Shown: positions 25,366-39,607, counted from the stretch's first letter. The stretch: DNA of 64,000 nucleotides from Eledone cirrhosa (GCA_964016885.1 OZ024740.1:313906001-313970000), one strand, 5' to 3'. A program made the numbers and translations. Notes: generated by a model from the letters alone, not told the origin.

Positions 25366-28100
25366 CACAGGTTCTCAACCCATTTAGGCCAAACGCCCCC
25401 TTTTGTCCCTCGAAATCACGAAACGCCCCCCCTACCCATATTTTTCCATTTTTCAATATACTACTGATTTTGATATCAGTAGATTACTAAAAAATTGATT
25501 AACAATATTCCAAAAATACCATTGCAGGCAGCTGAGAGTATAAATACATTCCTTGAAAGGAAATATATAAATTTTAAAAAAAGGAACATAAATGTTCTTT
25601 GTTATGAATAAGGACCAGTTGAATTTGTTATATTCCCACCAGGCGATACCAACTATTTTGAACCTTTATACAAGAGCAACTCTATCCAAAGAGTGCTCTT
25701 ATCTGGAAGAAAGTGGCAATTATATCATTTCAAAGCTTTCCAATTTTCCCTTTAATGAAACAGACAGAATAAATGTTGATATCTAACTTGATGTCCCCTC
25801 TGCTTTGTGAGCTTAGAGACCACAGAAGAGGGTTTTCATGACCACGCGGGAGGGTATATTTATTAGTAAATGGTAAAATATATACAACAAATGAGTAAGT
25901 GAATTGTAGTAGATGGTTTCCAGTCCAGTCAAACTGCAACTACAAATTAAAAAAATTGTTAGTTTGCTTTGTAACAATAGCATATCTAAGTTTTCGGATA
26001 AATCAACTTACTTTGACCTCATTTCAATGGGACCCTTGAACTTTATGGAGTCTAGCTAACTCTTTGACGTCAGGCTGGATTTTTCGTCAGATGTAGCCGG
26101 AGATCTCCACATGTAATTACATTGTAGCGGTTGCGAGCCTTACTGTGCAGTCTGGAAACAGCACCAAACCTCCTCTTGACTAAGTATGAGCTTGGAAAAG
26201 GCAGAGCAAATCTCTTAGCCTCTGCATGTAGGAGTGGAAATCGACGCTGAATTTCCTCTTGCATCCAAAAAAGGGGTTCACCTATTTTGGGAAATCTAAT
26301 TTTGATCATGTCATCTGATTGAAGTTCAATGAATTGTCCAAATCATCGACGTTAGCTGTGAAGGGATCTGCTACCCACATTGGGATGTCCATCGGCAAAA
26401 GGTCGACAAACCGTTCTCTCATGTTGTCTAGTAGCGCACGGAGGTGAGCGGTATAAATTTGGAGTTGGTCGTCGCTTACAATGTTTTGAACATTGGCGAC
26501 ACTAGGAACATTATAGAATTCCCGTCAACAAAGATTCCTTTCGATGACATTCAATTTGGCCAGGAATGTTTTCACAGCATTCCTTGCTTTAAGCAATGTG
26601 ATCTTCTTCCCCTGCAAAGCCAAAATGACGCTATTGCATTTGTTGACGATGTCGGTGAGGTAAGCGCAGTTTTGCCTCACATCGAGGGTTTTCTTGTACA
26701 GTTCTGTGTTGCGTCCTCACAGAAACTCAATGATAGAGTCAAACAGTTCAAAGAAGTGAGTAAGGCAGTTGCCCTTTGAAAGCCACCTCACTCCATTGTG
26801 AAGGAGCAACTTGACGAATTCTTCGTCATTATCTTGGCACAGTTGCCGGAAAATTTGTTCATTGAGGGAATGCCGTTTGATAAAATTGATGATATCAAGA
26901 GCCACCTGCAAGGACTTGCTCAGTGGCTTGCTGAGTTTCTTCACAGCCAAGTGTTGTCGATGAATGAAACAATGAACAACAAATACAGATAGATTTTCTC
27001 TCTTCAGAAGAGTGACGAAACCCTTGTTGGATGACCATTGCTCTAGCGTCGTCCGTAGCACATGATACAATGTGTGTTGTATTTGGTCCTAGATGTATGT
27101 ATTACCTGCCTGTGTGTTGTAGGTAGTCCTAGATGTATGTATTACCTGCTTATGTATTGCATGTGGTCCTATATGTATGTGTTACCTGATTATGTGTTGT
27201 ATGTGGTCCTAGATGTTTTTATTACCTGATTATGTGTTGTATGTGGTCCTAGATGTTTGTATTACCTGCTTATGTGTTGTATGTGGTCCTAAATGTATGT
27301 ATTACTTGCCTGTGTGTTGTATGTGGTCCTAGATGTGTGTGCTACCTCCTTATGTGTTGCATGTAGTCCTAGATGTGTGTATTACCTGCTTATGTGTTGT
27401 ATGTGGTCCTAAATGTATGTATTACTTGCCTGTGTGTTGTATGTGGTCCTAGATGTGTGTGCTACCTCCTTATGTGTTGCATGTAGTCCTAGATGTGTGT
27501 ATTACCTGCTTATGTGTTGTATGTGGTCCTAGATGTGTGTATTACCTGCTTATGTGTTGTATGTGGTCCTAGATGTGTGTATTATCTGATTATGTGTTGT
27601 ATGAGGTCCTAGATGTATGTGCTACCCGCTTCTGTGTTTTTTTTCTTCTTTTTTTTATTTGTAATATTATTTATACAATAGGAAATAAAATAGATCTATA
27701 TAGTGTTAACTCGTTACAGTTGAGTCAATAATTTCAGACATGAAATACGTTGTTATCGGTGAAGGAAAGATAAGATTCTAACTGGCTGCGCTTGAAGTGT
27801 CCTTGACCCAGTTGACTGTGGGTTTTTCCATTGTTAGGATCTCAATTGCCGGTTAATGTCTAAACACGCCTGCACACCTGCTCACAATTGCGGTCAGACC
27901 ATAGTTATGCTGTCTGCATGCTCATTCAAGTGCATTCACACTGGCTGTCTCAAAGACATACAAATATGGCTTACAAAACTTACCAAAGTAAAGAGCCTTC
28001 CAGTGCACTCCAAATCTCCAAACGCCCCCTTCCTCCCAAACGCCCCCCTGGATTTCCGAAATGCCCCCTGGGGGTGCATATGCCCCGTTGAGAACCTTTG
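25366..28100 (-). mobile_element. hAT Buster/Charlie-type transposon, decayed
   Basis: TIRs CACAGGTTCTCAAC / GTTGAGAACCTTTG; TSD ATGTAAAC at 25358 and 28101. Transposase remnants at about 26050-27040: VHCFIHRQHLAVK, VRWLSKGNCL, LPFPSSYLV, GDLRLHLT. Confidence 0.9.
27068..27635. repeat. 40-bp minisatellite, about 14 copies
   Basis: Unit tatgtgttgtatgtggtcctagatgtgtgtattacctgct. Confidence 0.95.
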
Positions 28101-29077
28101 ATGTAAACGAAAGAAAAGAGCAATGAAGACATTATGTGGAAGTTGAATATTTGAATTATCAGTTTGACTTAACTTCGGAACTACTAATGGTGTCATGACA
28201 AAATACACGTAAATCATCAGATCTATTTTCTCAGTATGGTTATGTTTCCGTCTTGAAAAATGAAGTTAATTCAACTATTAATGTGTGTGTGTGGGGGGGG
28301 GGTCTGTGTGTGTTTCTGTGTGTTTCTGTGTTTGTACGTGTGCATCTATATATATATACTGTATATATATATATAGTTATCTATATATACACTGTATATA
28401 TAAATTATATAGATGTATACACACACATGTAGACACACACACATATATATATATATATATGTATATATAGTTGAGAATCAAGGCATGACGATTGAGCTCT
28501 TGCTTCTCGACAGCAAATTATATATAAATATATTCATATATATAAATATATATATCTGTGTGTGTGTGTGGTGTATATACGTATATAAATGTAAATTTAG
28601 ATATGTATATATGTGTATACGTATATATATACGTATATTATACTATCCAACCACCACCACTACACACACAACTTAAAGGTAAATAAAAGACATTTATTGC
28701 AATCATAAGAGACATATACTAAAGTTTAGGTCATTTCCACTTTTTCTTCTTAAGATAACAAACATTAGTACTCATGCAGTTAATGTTTTAACGCCTTATG
28801 CAAAGTAGTATTCTCTAACTATCAAATTCCACTCCCAATGTATTGGTTAATCTGAGGTTAAAGTTCATAACACTTGCTAAATGTGCTGTAGAGTTCGGTT
28901 GCGAAGGCGATCTTTTTAGCCATATTAACCATTATATATATATATATATATAAGCAGAAGGGATATTCAATCTGTTGGTAATTCAACAAATATAAATGTT
29001 TATAACTGATTCAGAGCACTCAACAAATTTTCTGGAGTATAATAGACAATGATATTAAATAAATGGAAACTATATTT

Positions 29078-29743
29078 ATAAAACCATATTTATTCTGTTA
29101 TATATGGTACGCTATCATCAGATAAAATACGAAGTGTGTTTTATAAATTTTGACATAACCAAGGAGAATATACCTTAACGGTTCAAGTTATCCCTGGATA
29201 GTGAAGAAAAGTCAGATATTTCAAATTATTAAGATGAGTATGCAAATGAAGTTTAGGTGAAAGGGCTGTAAAAAATGTTATTTTAGACGCTATAGAAAAT
29301 TTAAATAATTATGATAAGTTATTGTATGCGTTGGAAAAGATTGGGGGAAAAGATTTATTTATCTATATTATGAGTTATAATATTGTATATATAATCAATT
29401 AGATTATATGAAGAATTATGGTTGTAAGTATTTTTATCTTATTACATTACGATAGGTTATATGTATATAAATATCTATATATATATTAATAAATTGCGTA
29501 TGTATTAGTTGTTTATATATCGAAGGATGTTGAATTTGTATTTTACTTAAAAAAGATGCATACTCATCTTAATAATTTGAAATACGGACTTTCTTCACTA
29601 TCCAGGGATAACCTGAACCGTTAAGGTATATTCTCCTTAGTTATGTCAACATTTATAAAACACACTTCGTATTTTATCTGATGATAGCGTACCGACATTT
29701 TTGTACCCTTGAAATATATATGATAGAATAAATATGGTTTTAT
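29078..29743. repeat. Inverted repeat (arms about 29078-29244 and 29557-29743) carrying an HHR-like motif
   Basis: The arms are reverse complements. Right arm 29671-29729 reads ATTTTAT CTGATGA..GAAA TATATA TG ATAGAAT (triplet AUG, non-canonical). Confidence 0.8.
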
Positions 29744-29744
29744 T

Positions 29745-30108
<364 letters not shown>

Positions 30109-30116
30109 ATATTTGT

Positions 30117-30300
30117 GAAGGCGTGTGGCTGAGTGGTTAGAGAATTGGATTCACAATCTTGAGGTTGGGAGTTCGATTCGTGGACCGGGCGATGCGTTAT
30201 GTCCTTGAGCAAGACATTTTATTTCATGTTGCTCCTTCTACCTGGAGTTGCGACCGATAGATAGTACTAGCAACTGGAAAGACCGACGGAAACATTGTTT
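30117..30300 (+). mobile_element. tRNA-derived SINE family B
   Basis: gaaggcgtgtggctgagtggttag..gttcgattc head and tccttgagcaagaca core. Confidence 0.75.
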
Positions 30301-30336
30301 CCTCGGTCCGATTTGACGAAAGTCGATCGATTAAAA

Positions 30337-30367
<31 letters not shown>

Positions 30368-30379
30368 TATGACTTAGAC

Positions 30380-30807
30380 CCCACCCTACGTACACACTGG
30401 TCTTCCTATTACCCGAACATGGAACCTCGTTCTTCCCCAAACTCTCACACTCACATCCACACACATACACACACACCATCTTCCACCCTCCCCGCTCGAA
30501 CCCCTGTCTCCCTCTCCCCTCTCCCCCTCCATCTACCCACAATCACTCCACATGCCTCACACCCTTTCACCACTTTTTTCCTTTTAATTTTTTTACCCTC
30601 TTTTTAATTTCTTTTGCTTCCCTTCATTTCCCCCACTTTTAATGTCTTTCCACCACTCCCCCTCACACCCTCGGAACTCTTTTCCTTCCCACGTTTCTCC
30701 TGATGAAGGGCTTATGCCCAAAACGTCCCCTCCCCACTTTCAAGTGTGAACCTAATACTATCACTTTGTACTGCACTCTTCGTTATTGTTTTTGTTTCCT
30801 GTTTTAA

Positions 30808-30810
<3 letters not shown>
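30380..30810 (+). mobile_element. PLE-like 3' end with degenerate minimal HHR, running into (TA)n
   Basis: CTGATGA AGGGC TTAT GCCC AAAA CG TC at about 30700 (GAAA changed to AAAA). Relatives on the minus strand at about 31350-31378 and 41445-41475. Confidence 0.6.
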
Positions 30811-30852
<42 letters not shown>

Positions 30853-30934
30853 TTATTAACAGATTAAATATATTTGATATATATTTATCCTTATCGAGCC
30901 CTCTTTGGATTTTAGTCTTCAAATTTATTATTAT

Positions 30935-31028
<94 letters not shown>

Positions 31029-33125
31029 GATAAATATTGGTTGCCAGATGAATTATATATGGAGCTATTAAAGATACAGAAGCGAAAAATAATCCAAACC
31101 AAACAGTGAGTGTGTTTTATTATTATTTCTGACAACATTATAACAATATGACAATATTTGTTTCAACACACGATTCCATATCAAAAACCTTGCAAAACAA
31201 ATCCATATATGCACACACACACACACACACATACGTATATATATATATGTGTGTATGTAAAAGGTAAACAGAAATAAGAACATAATCGGTACAGTATATG
31301 GAAGGAATATATTAGGTTAACGCTTGAAATAGCAGGAAGAGTGTTTTTAACGTTTCGGACGCTAGTCATTCATCAGAAGAAAGAATGAGAAATAAGATAG
31401 ATGGAAGGGACGGGTGGGGTGGATATATATATATATAGTATATATATAATTATGTGGTGACTTTTGGGACAGGATTTATATACTCAGACGAGTAATCGTC
31501 TCTCACCACCACGCTTATCAATTTTTCAGATTTTTTTGTCCAACCCCCTCTCACTCTTATTCCAATCCTCCCACTTGTTAAATTTTGCTAATCTATCTTC
31601 GGCGAAATTTTATTTTAAGTGGTAGCATTTCCACCGATTTTTTTCTTTATAGATAAAAAAAAACATTATACATGACCAAAAAAGTACATTACTAAAAATC
31701 CTATACGTCATAAAGTAAATAGCATGGATGGGGTCTCAATATGTAAACTAATCGACTAATTCTGATTTTTTTTAAAATCAACGGAATCAATCGGGAAATG
31801 ACCGGTATTGCCACTCCCTATTGTTCGTCCCCCCCCTCCCCCTATTATTTGGGACCCGAGAATAACATTATCTAAATTACATTTCTGCTCAATAGATATC
31901 GGGTCGTCAACTATGAAGTTTGTAGTGAGGCATATGGTCATATGGTTTTTTTCTACAAATTTCATACTAGACGACCCAATACTTTCAAAGATTCTCGTGT
32001 ATATCAACATATCCACGTGGAACCAGTGAGAGAGTGTTATATGTGGTTGCATGATCTGTGAAGAATAGCAAACACTACTAACTATAGATAAAAATCATAT
32101 TGAATAATGTAGCTTGAGTTCATAAGACAGGTTGGTCACGATAGGGTTGGCTTGCTGACTAAAGAACATCCTTTACACATTTTTCCTCTTGTCTTTGTTT
32201 CTGTCTCTCATTTTACCTCTCTCTCTCTCTCTCTTTCTCTCTCGCTCTCTCTCATCCTCTCTCTCTCTCTCTTTCTCTCGCTTGCTTTCCCTCTCTCACT
32301 CTCTCTCTCACACACTCTCTCACACACTCTCTCCCTCTTTCTCTCTCTCTCCCTTTCTCTCTCTTTCTCTCTCTTTCTCTCTCTCTCACTCTCTCTCTCT
32401 TTCTCTCACTCTGTCTGACACACACACACGCACACACACTCCCTCTCTCTCTCTCTCGCTCGCTCGCTCACCATCTCTCCTCTCTTTATCTCTCGCTCTT
32501 TCACCTACTCCCCTCTCCCAACCTCACCCTCTCGCTTACCAACTCTCTTATTTTCTCTTTCTCATTTTTTTTTTCGATATTCTCCTCTATTTTATCTTCC
32601 AATCTTCTTTACACATATTTTCCCTTGACGATTATAACTTACAACCAGCACGATTGTCTTAGTCCTCTTAATATATATATTATTATATTAATCCGCGTTT
32701 GGCGGAAAGGGGTGAGGAAGGAATGGAAGGGGATAAGGAAGGAAAGGGCGGGGTGAGGAAGATCACCTTGAAACGGTGCTCCAGTATAGTGACTGTATAA
32801 TGACCGAAACTAGTAATAGAATAAAAGAATAAATATATACACACATGCACTGATTTTTGTATAATTTGAAATGCAATGCAAAGTATCATTGGTTTTGTTG
32901 TTGTTTTAAACAACAAATTATTGCTTCACTGTCAAAACTAAACAAAGAGGCTACACCACAGGTTTTTATCTGTCTGTGGACAGAAGTGGGACTGGTCTAC
33001 TCTTGTTAGATCTTCGCTAGAGAAAATGATATTAGTTTCTTGTGTATACAACTAGGACTAAACAAATTTAGCCAATTAAATTTGTATAACAGATGCGTGC
33101 TTACATTAGCATTTTGGGTTAATTC

Positions 33126-33293
33126 CCGTAATTCGCGGCGTCGAAGACGCTACTTTTTTCCTAAAATAAGTCTCAAAACTCTACCCTGCGTCTTGGAGGC
33201 CGAAGGTTGTTTATTAATTTTTTTCAAATTTTTGGTTGTCAAAATTAGGGTACGTCCTCGAGGACGAAGCGTCTTCGGCGCCGGGAAATATGG
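33126..33293. mobile_element. pogo/Tc1-type MITE
   Basis: ccgtaattcgcggcgtcgaagacgc ... gcgtcttcggcgccgggaaatatgg TIRs. A second left end lies at about 33690. Confidence 0.7.
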
Positions 33294-34264
33294 TAATTCA
33301 CATTAAACTACGCAGCATTTTTACGTATATAAATGAAACGTATACACCGGTTGTCTTCGAGACCTCATGTGTCTTCGATACCCGCACTGCCTTCGTAAAA
33401 TCAGAAAGACAGGAGCCCACCGGAGGTAGTAGCCTCTGAGGTGAAGTGGCTGTTGCAATGGGTGTCTCTGGCCATACTCCACAACATTGTCTTTTCCATT
33501 TTTGTCCGCGAGGCGCCACTGAAACACTGCACAGACTCCAGTGTAGAGCCTGTCGACCCATCCCCTCCTTCCTTTCTTTCTATGCCTAATTCACTTTCTT
33601 TTTATTACTCTTTTTTTCTTTTTCTCCCCTCTTTCTTTTGTTTCCTTATTACCTGTATATTGTACAGTGCTGTTTTATACTATTGGATACCGTATTTCCC
33701 GGCGTCGAAGACGCTACTTTATTTCTAAAATAAGTCTCAGAAATCTACCAGGCGTCCTGGAGTATGCATATTTACATACGTATGCATATTTACATTTATA
33801 TACATATATATACATACATATACATATGTATTTTTTCTTGATTTCATTTTCAGTTAAGATTGTATGGCTTTTTTCCCCAACTTACACAAAGTCTGAGGAT
33901 AAAGTTTTTCTTCTTGACTTGTTTTGAATTAAGATCGTATTACTTAAAGATCGTCTTACGTTAAACATTTTTCATTTGATGTTATAGTCACTTATACGTC
34001 CGAATTCATTTCTGGCTGCGATCACTGTAGAAATTTTAGTCCTAACTGAGGGGTCTCTTGAGAAGCTCGAAACCTCATGGATAATACCAGGATTGGACAT
34101 ATCCACAAAGTACGAGCGAAATTATCAATAGTCGGGAATAGAAGAATTCTGTATGCAGATTGGAGCACTCGACGAAGTGCGCAGGTTGGTTTGGTTACTC
34201 CGGAGTAATGTAAAATAAAGTAAAATAAATAAGTCAAATGTTTAAAAATTTTCCTTCGTTTATT

Positions 34265-34319
34265 ACTGCTATATATATTTCGGTGACAGCCATCTTTGGC
34301 TGTGACCTCTTCAAGCAGT
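34265..34319 (-). ncRNA. Type I hammerhead ribozyme (C3U variant)
   Basis: ACTGC TTGAAGA GGTCACAGCCA AAGA TGGCTGTCACC GAAA TATATA TA GCAGT. Confidence 0.75.
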
Positions 34320-35249
34320 CCGAATTAGTGTGGTAGAGACGAGTACACATGTTGTTGAGGTGTATAACTTTGTCAATACTCTGATATGCCCAGTTCCTGG
34401 TTGGGTTGTTATTTCAGAGTATATGAGTTAAAGGATAGGCGCTACAAAGAAAGCTTTAAGCGATACTCTGACCAACACCAAGGAACTTCAAACATCACTG
34501 GTGACAACTCGCTATATTATACTAAAAGAAGAGAAATAAATAAAGAAATATATAGAAATATATATTTTTGTAAATAAGACAATAGAACCGTGTGGAAATG
34601 GAAGCACCAATTGAAACATAAGTTTTAAATCTCCGAAGCCGTTTATGAAAGTATTGAAGAAGACAAGAAAACACACTTCGATCTTCCGACGTGGAAGAGG
34701 CTCCTATCAGAAGAAACCGTCATCGAATCATCATTTTTCTTACTTGTTGTACAAACCTGGCTGGACACAGAACACTGCACAAACATTCTAATAGTTCTAT
34801 AGAGTTATGAAATAATACATATGAATAAGCCATAGATGGCGAACATCATTAAGTAATGTCAGTTTCATGAGGAGATAAAACGCCTCCATCCTTTTTAAAG
34901 AAAAAAAAAAAAAAAAAAAAAAATAGTATAAATCCTGGAAAACTGTAAGTCCAGTATTGGGAAAAAAAAAAAAAATGAGTGTTAATCCTGGAAAACTAAG
35001 TCCGGTATTGAGAAAAAAAAAAAAAAAAAAAAAATGAGTATAAATCCTGGAAAACTGTAAGTCCGGTATTGGAAGAAAAAAAAAAAAATATCACAAGGGA
35101 TTGACACTCCAAATTCACTATTCTCCTTTTACTTTGCTCCACTTTTCAAATTAAATGAATTGACGGTTCAGTTATATTCAAATATTGTAAGCGTGTCCAT
35201 TGAGAATATCGTCTTTGACAAACTGCTCAGTTGCTCGCATGTGTGCGTG

Positions 35250-37270
35250 CTGAATTCTGGGTCTTTCCGCTGGGAACAACCCCTTGTTTCCCTCCTCCCT
35301 CCCTTTTTTTTGTGTGTACATCCATCCATTGACTCATTCATTTACTGCCATTCTACCTTCCTGTGTCTCCCCCTCCATGCAGCCGCTTTTCGCTCTCGTT
35401 TTCTGGCACCTCCATATATATAGGTGAGCTATGCAGCCCTCTTACCAGCACTTTCCCTTCCAACCACACACACCAGCCACCCACCCACCCCTGATGCCGC
35501 TCGGTGCCCCACTCCCCGGCTCCACGCCCCATCCCCCACCCCTCCAAATCGACACCTGCAGCTATTGCGGCACTACTAACAAACGGAAGAGGGGCCGGAA
35601 CTGTTTGGGGTGCGGCTGCTTCCACCACCTCACCTGCGTTGGCTTGACTCGTCGAGCTTCGAATGCCCTCGCAGCATGGAGGTGCAGGAGCTGACTCTTA
35701 CCCACGTCTTCCCAGCCACGGCCGTCTGGCACACCACCATATGGGACAGCGAGCTTGCCTGACGCCCGAGCCTCGTTGGTCAACATCGTTCAGCTCAGGC
35801 GGCTCCGGAAGATCCCACTCAGGATCCCGAGAGCGGCACGGGTACCGGTGGCCGATGCCCTCGCTTCCTCGATTGAAAGCGCCCTGGACGCCAATCGAGC
35901 CAGTGACTGGGAGCGGCTGTTCTATTTCGCCCCACCCGCCCTATCCTCGACCCTCGAGTCTAGCTCAAGCGTTTGCGTGACGAGGTAAACGCAAAGCTTA
36001 TCATGGGTGATATCTCGGCCGCAGTCAGAGTTGTCGCCATGCCGAAGCTCCTCTATACACTCTGCAGCGCTCCATGCTACACCCAGACATCTCTCCTCGC
36101 TGACCTCGATACTTGTATCCGAGCAGCAGCCGAGGGGATATGCAACGTCAAGTTTGAGGACATAGGGTGGCAACAGGCCACTTTACCGGTCAGGTATGGC
36201 GGCCTAGGCCTCCGGTCCCCGATCTCACTAGCTTTGCCGGTGTATCTTTCGTCGGTAACCTCGTGCCGCGTCCTCGTCAGCAGGGTTCTTCAAAACACAA
36301 CAGAACCCTCTGTGTTCAGAGAACATGAAGCTGCCTGTGAGACGTGGGACCGGCTGGCACTTATCCCAGTAGACGTCCCTCCTCCTTCTCCCCCTGTTGA
36401 AGTCAAGTCCCCCCAACGCACTTGGGATGCCATCCAGTGCAGCCTGGCCTCGGACAGGCTCACGCGCCAGCTCGACCAGCACCACCTTGCTTGTTTTAGT
36501 GCGGCCTCCAAACCCCACAGTGGTTCCTGGCTCCATGCTCTGCCCTCCTTCTCCACTGGCATGCAGCTAGACAACCTTAGCCTGCGAATCGGCGTTTCCC
36601 TGAGGTTCGGCCTCCAGATCTGCCAGCCACAACAATGTCGCTGCGGTTCCACCGTGGACTCTTTCGGCCTCCACCCGCTTTCCTGTCGCCACAGTGCCGG
36701 CCGCATTCCACGCCATACTGCCCTCAACGAGGTCATTAAGCATGGCTTGGACGCTGCAGGCTTCCCTTCCCAACTCGAGGGGACGGCAAAAGGCCAGATG
36801 GCATGACCATCTTCCCGTTCCGCGGTGGAAAACCCCTCGTCTGGGATGCCTCTTGCACCGACACTTTCTGCAGCCGCAACCTGGTACAGTCTGCGACTGA
36901 CCCAGGTTCTGGTGCACGTCGGGCTGAGGGGGCCAAACTCCTCAAATACCGGTCGCTCTCCGACAGGTTTGCGGTCGTTCCCCTGGAAGTGGAAACTTCT
37001 GGTGTCCTCGGCCCCAGGGCTACCTCCTTTCTCACCACCATAGGCACTGAGCTGGCGAGCCGTAGGTGTGAGCCCCGCGAGTTGGAGTGGCTTTTCCAGC
37101 GCGTCTCCCTTGCCGTCTTCCGGGGAAACGCCTTCTCCATTCTGTCCGCCGGGGCTGTGGGTGGACCCCATCGCATACCATTACATTAGTTACCATTACA
37201 TTAGTTAAATACCATTCTTGAATGTCTGAATTATTGTTGGCTTTTTGCTTACATTAATTTCTCTATTTTC

Positions 37271-37272
<2 letters not shown>
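35250..37272 (+). mobile_element. CRE-clade non-LTR retrotransposon, internally deleted (RT core missing)
   Basis: PHD-like CSYC..CLGC..HLTC..WRC, then RIPRAAR and GDISAAVRVV fused directly to PKLLYTL. Downstream: QATLPVRYGGLGLR, SGSWLHALP, CRCG..HPLSC, RH, (K)RPDGMTIFPF..GKPLVWD, PLEVETSG, QRVSLAVFRGNA. The 3' end abuts (TA)n; the 5' boundary is approximate. Confidence 0.85.
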
Positions 37273-37306
<34 letters not shown>

Positions 37307-37451
37307 AGGATTGACGGACCCAGCATATTTATCAATGCCAGTACCGGTTGTATCTCAGCGCACTCAATGGGCAATGTAAGATACATTACAAGAGTATACA
37401 CATAGTTATTTGTCTCAACACAACACACGTAAAACGGGTGCCTATAAGGTT

Positions 37452-37561
37452 CCCGGACTCGAGTTTCTGCAGCACTAATGCAGCAGTAAGATGCACTGCA
37501 CCATCTGTCTGCATATATTATGCAACAATGCACAATCTGCTTAAGCTGCTTCATCAGCGGG
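37452..37561 (-). ncRNA. Type I hammerhead ribozyme with long stem II insertion
   Basis: CCCG CTGATGA AGCAGC..(about 70 nt)..GCTGCA GAAA CTCGAG TC CGGG; GUC site. Confidence 0.85.
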
Positions 37562-37877
37562 TATCGCCTAATCAATAACCAATCGATCGACATAATCCAA
37601 ACATATATATATATATATAACTTTGATAGGTTTCGGCCAGTATTAGCCCAGGTCATGTCTAACTTAATAGCACCACCTGGCGAAGTCTTTCGAATCAGGA
37701 TTTGGACACCATGTTCCACTCAAGTAGAGAAAGTGCAGGAGATTTACCCGTGATTTCTTGGTGGAAATTGTCCAAAGACTATTTGAATTTTATGGGATCT
37801 GTTTCTATTTTTATGTGTTTCGGTGTAATGCTAAAGCAAGCGACACCACATTTGAGGTGAAATAATTCTACCGTGAT

Positions 37878-38380
<503 letters not shown>

Positions 38381-39313
38381 AATTAGCGAGAATCGTATTT
38401 CGGCTATTGGAAATTAGCGAAAAACAACTTCCGAGATGTGTGGCAAGCGCTCAATGAATTCTAACGAACCAGAGCTACAACATACGTTAAAAGGCCAAAC
38501 ACACTGAGACGATGGTTAAACCATTATCCGCACAGCCATAGAAACGACCAAATAATTCGGGTCAAACAAATAAAAAAATGTGATTGAAAAATTTACCCGG
38601 ACCCTTGGATGGTTGGTAAAATCCAGCATTTGGGTTTCTGCGACTCCTAAATAAAGTACTGTCCGCTTAGACAAATAATTGCTTCTACTTTAGGCACAAG
38701 GCCAGCAAATACCCAGTGCATTACTGGTACTTTATTTTATCGACCCCGTAAGGATGAAAGGCAAAGTCAACCTCGGCGACGAGGACGTCACTTTCTCAAC
38801 AGGTTTTAGTTGAAGTGCCAGACCAAGGATTAACCGTTACCAATACCCACGTGGGGCTCGGCATGGGAGGCAACCCTTATTTGGGGCGGAAGAATTCAGT
38901 GTGTAATATTGCAAAATTGCAAAATATCACAAAACGAATTAAGTTCTCAACAGAATGGTTTTAAAGTTAACAAAAGCTATTCATCACTCAATAGAATCAA
39001 CTAAAGAAATCAAGAAAATTAACTGGTCAATAGCTAGACTCTGGAGATTAATACAAATATAAATTAGCGAGAATCGTATTTCGGCTATTGGAAATTAGCG
39101 AAAAACAACTTCCGAATATATATATATATATATACAATATAGAAAGGAAAAACACAGGAGAGTGTGTTTTCATTTACAGGATTCTAACCACGAGCGTGAA
39201 GAGAATATAAGCTAAGAAAGGTGTAGGAGAAACATAATAATTAAAAGGATAAATTAAAATGAAAAACTAACCTCATAACTAAATCGCACAACTGGTTAAT
39301 TGTTAATAAATAA

Positions 39314-39374
<61 letters not shown>

Positions 39375-39607
39375 TTGGAGCTCTGAAACAGCAATATATA
39401 TATGGATGTATATATAATGTATTTTGCAATACACTTTATGCTTAATTAAGCATAAAGTGTATTGCAAAATACATTATATATACATCCATACATATATTGC
39501 TGTTTCAGAGCTCCAATTCTAATTTTTAATTTCTGCCTGACCAACAACCGCTCTGTATAATCAGTTCCTGATTATTTACTAGAATTCTATAAGAATATAA
39601 CATCAGT

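Noticed and set aside
27068-27635. Regular arrays (40 bp here, 30 bp at 19492, 34 bp at 51430) as CRISPR
   Set aside because: Head-to-tail repeats without unique spacers, no cas genes, and a eukaryotic context.
30117-30192. tRNA gene
   Set aside because: A/B-box-like head without a proper cloverleaf that continues into the SINE body; it is a SINE head.
36228-37176. Minus-strand ORFs of up to 293 aa
   Set aside because: Antisense shadows of the GC-rich CRE coding region; no motifs.
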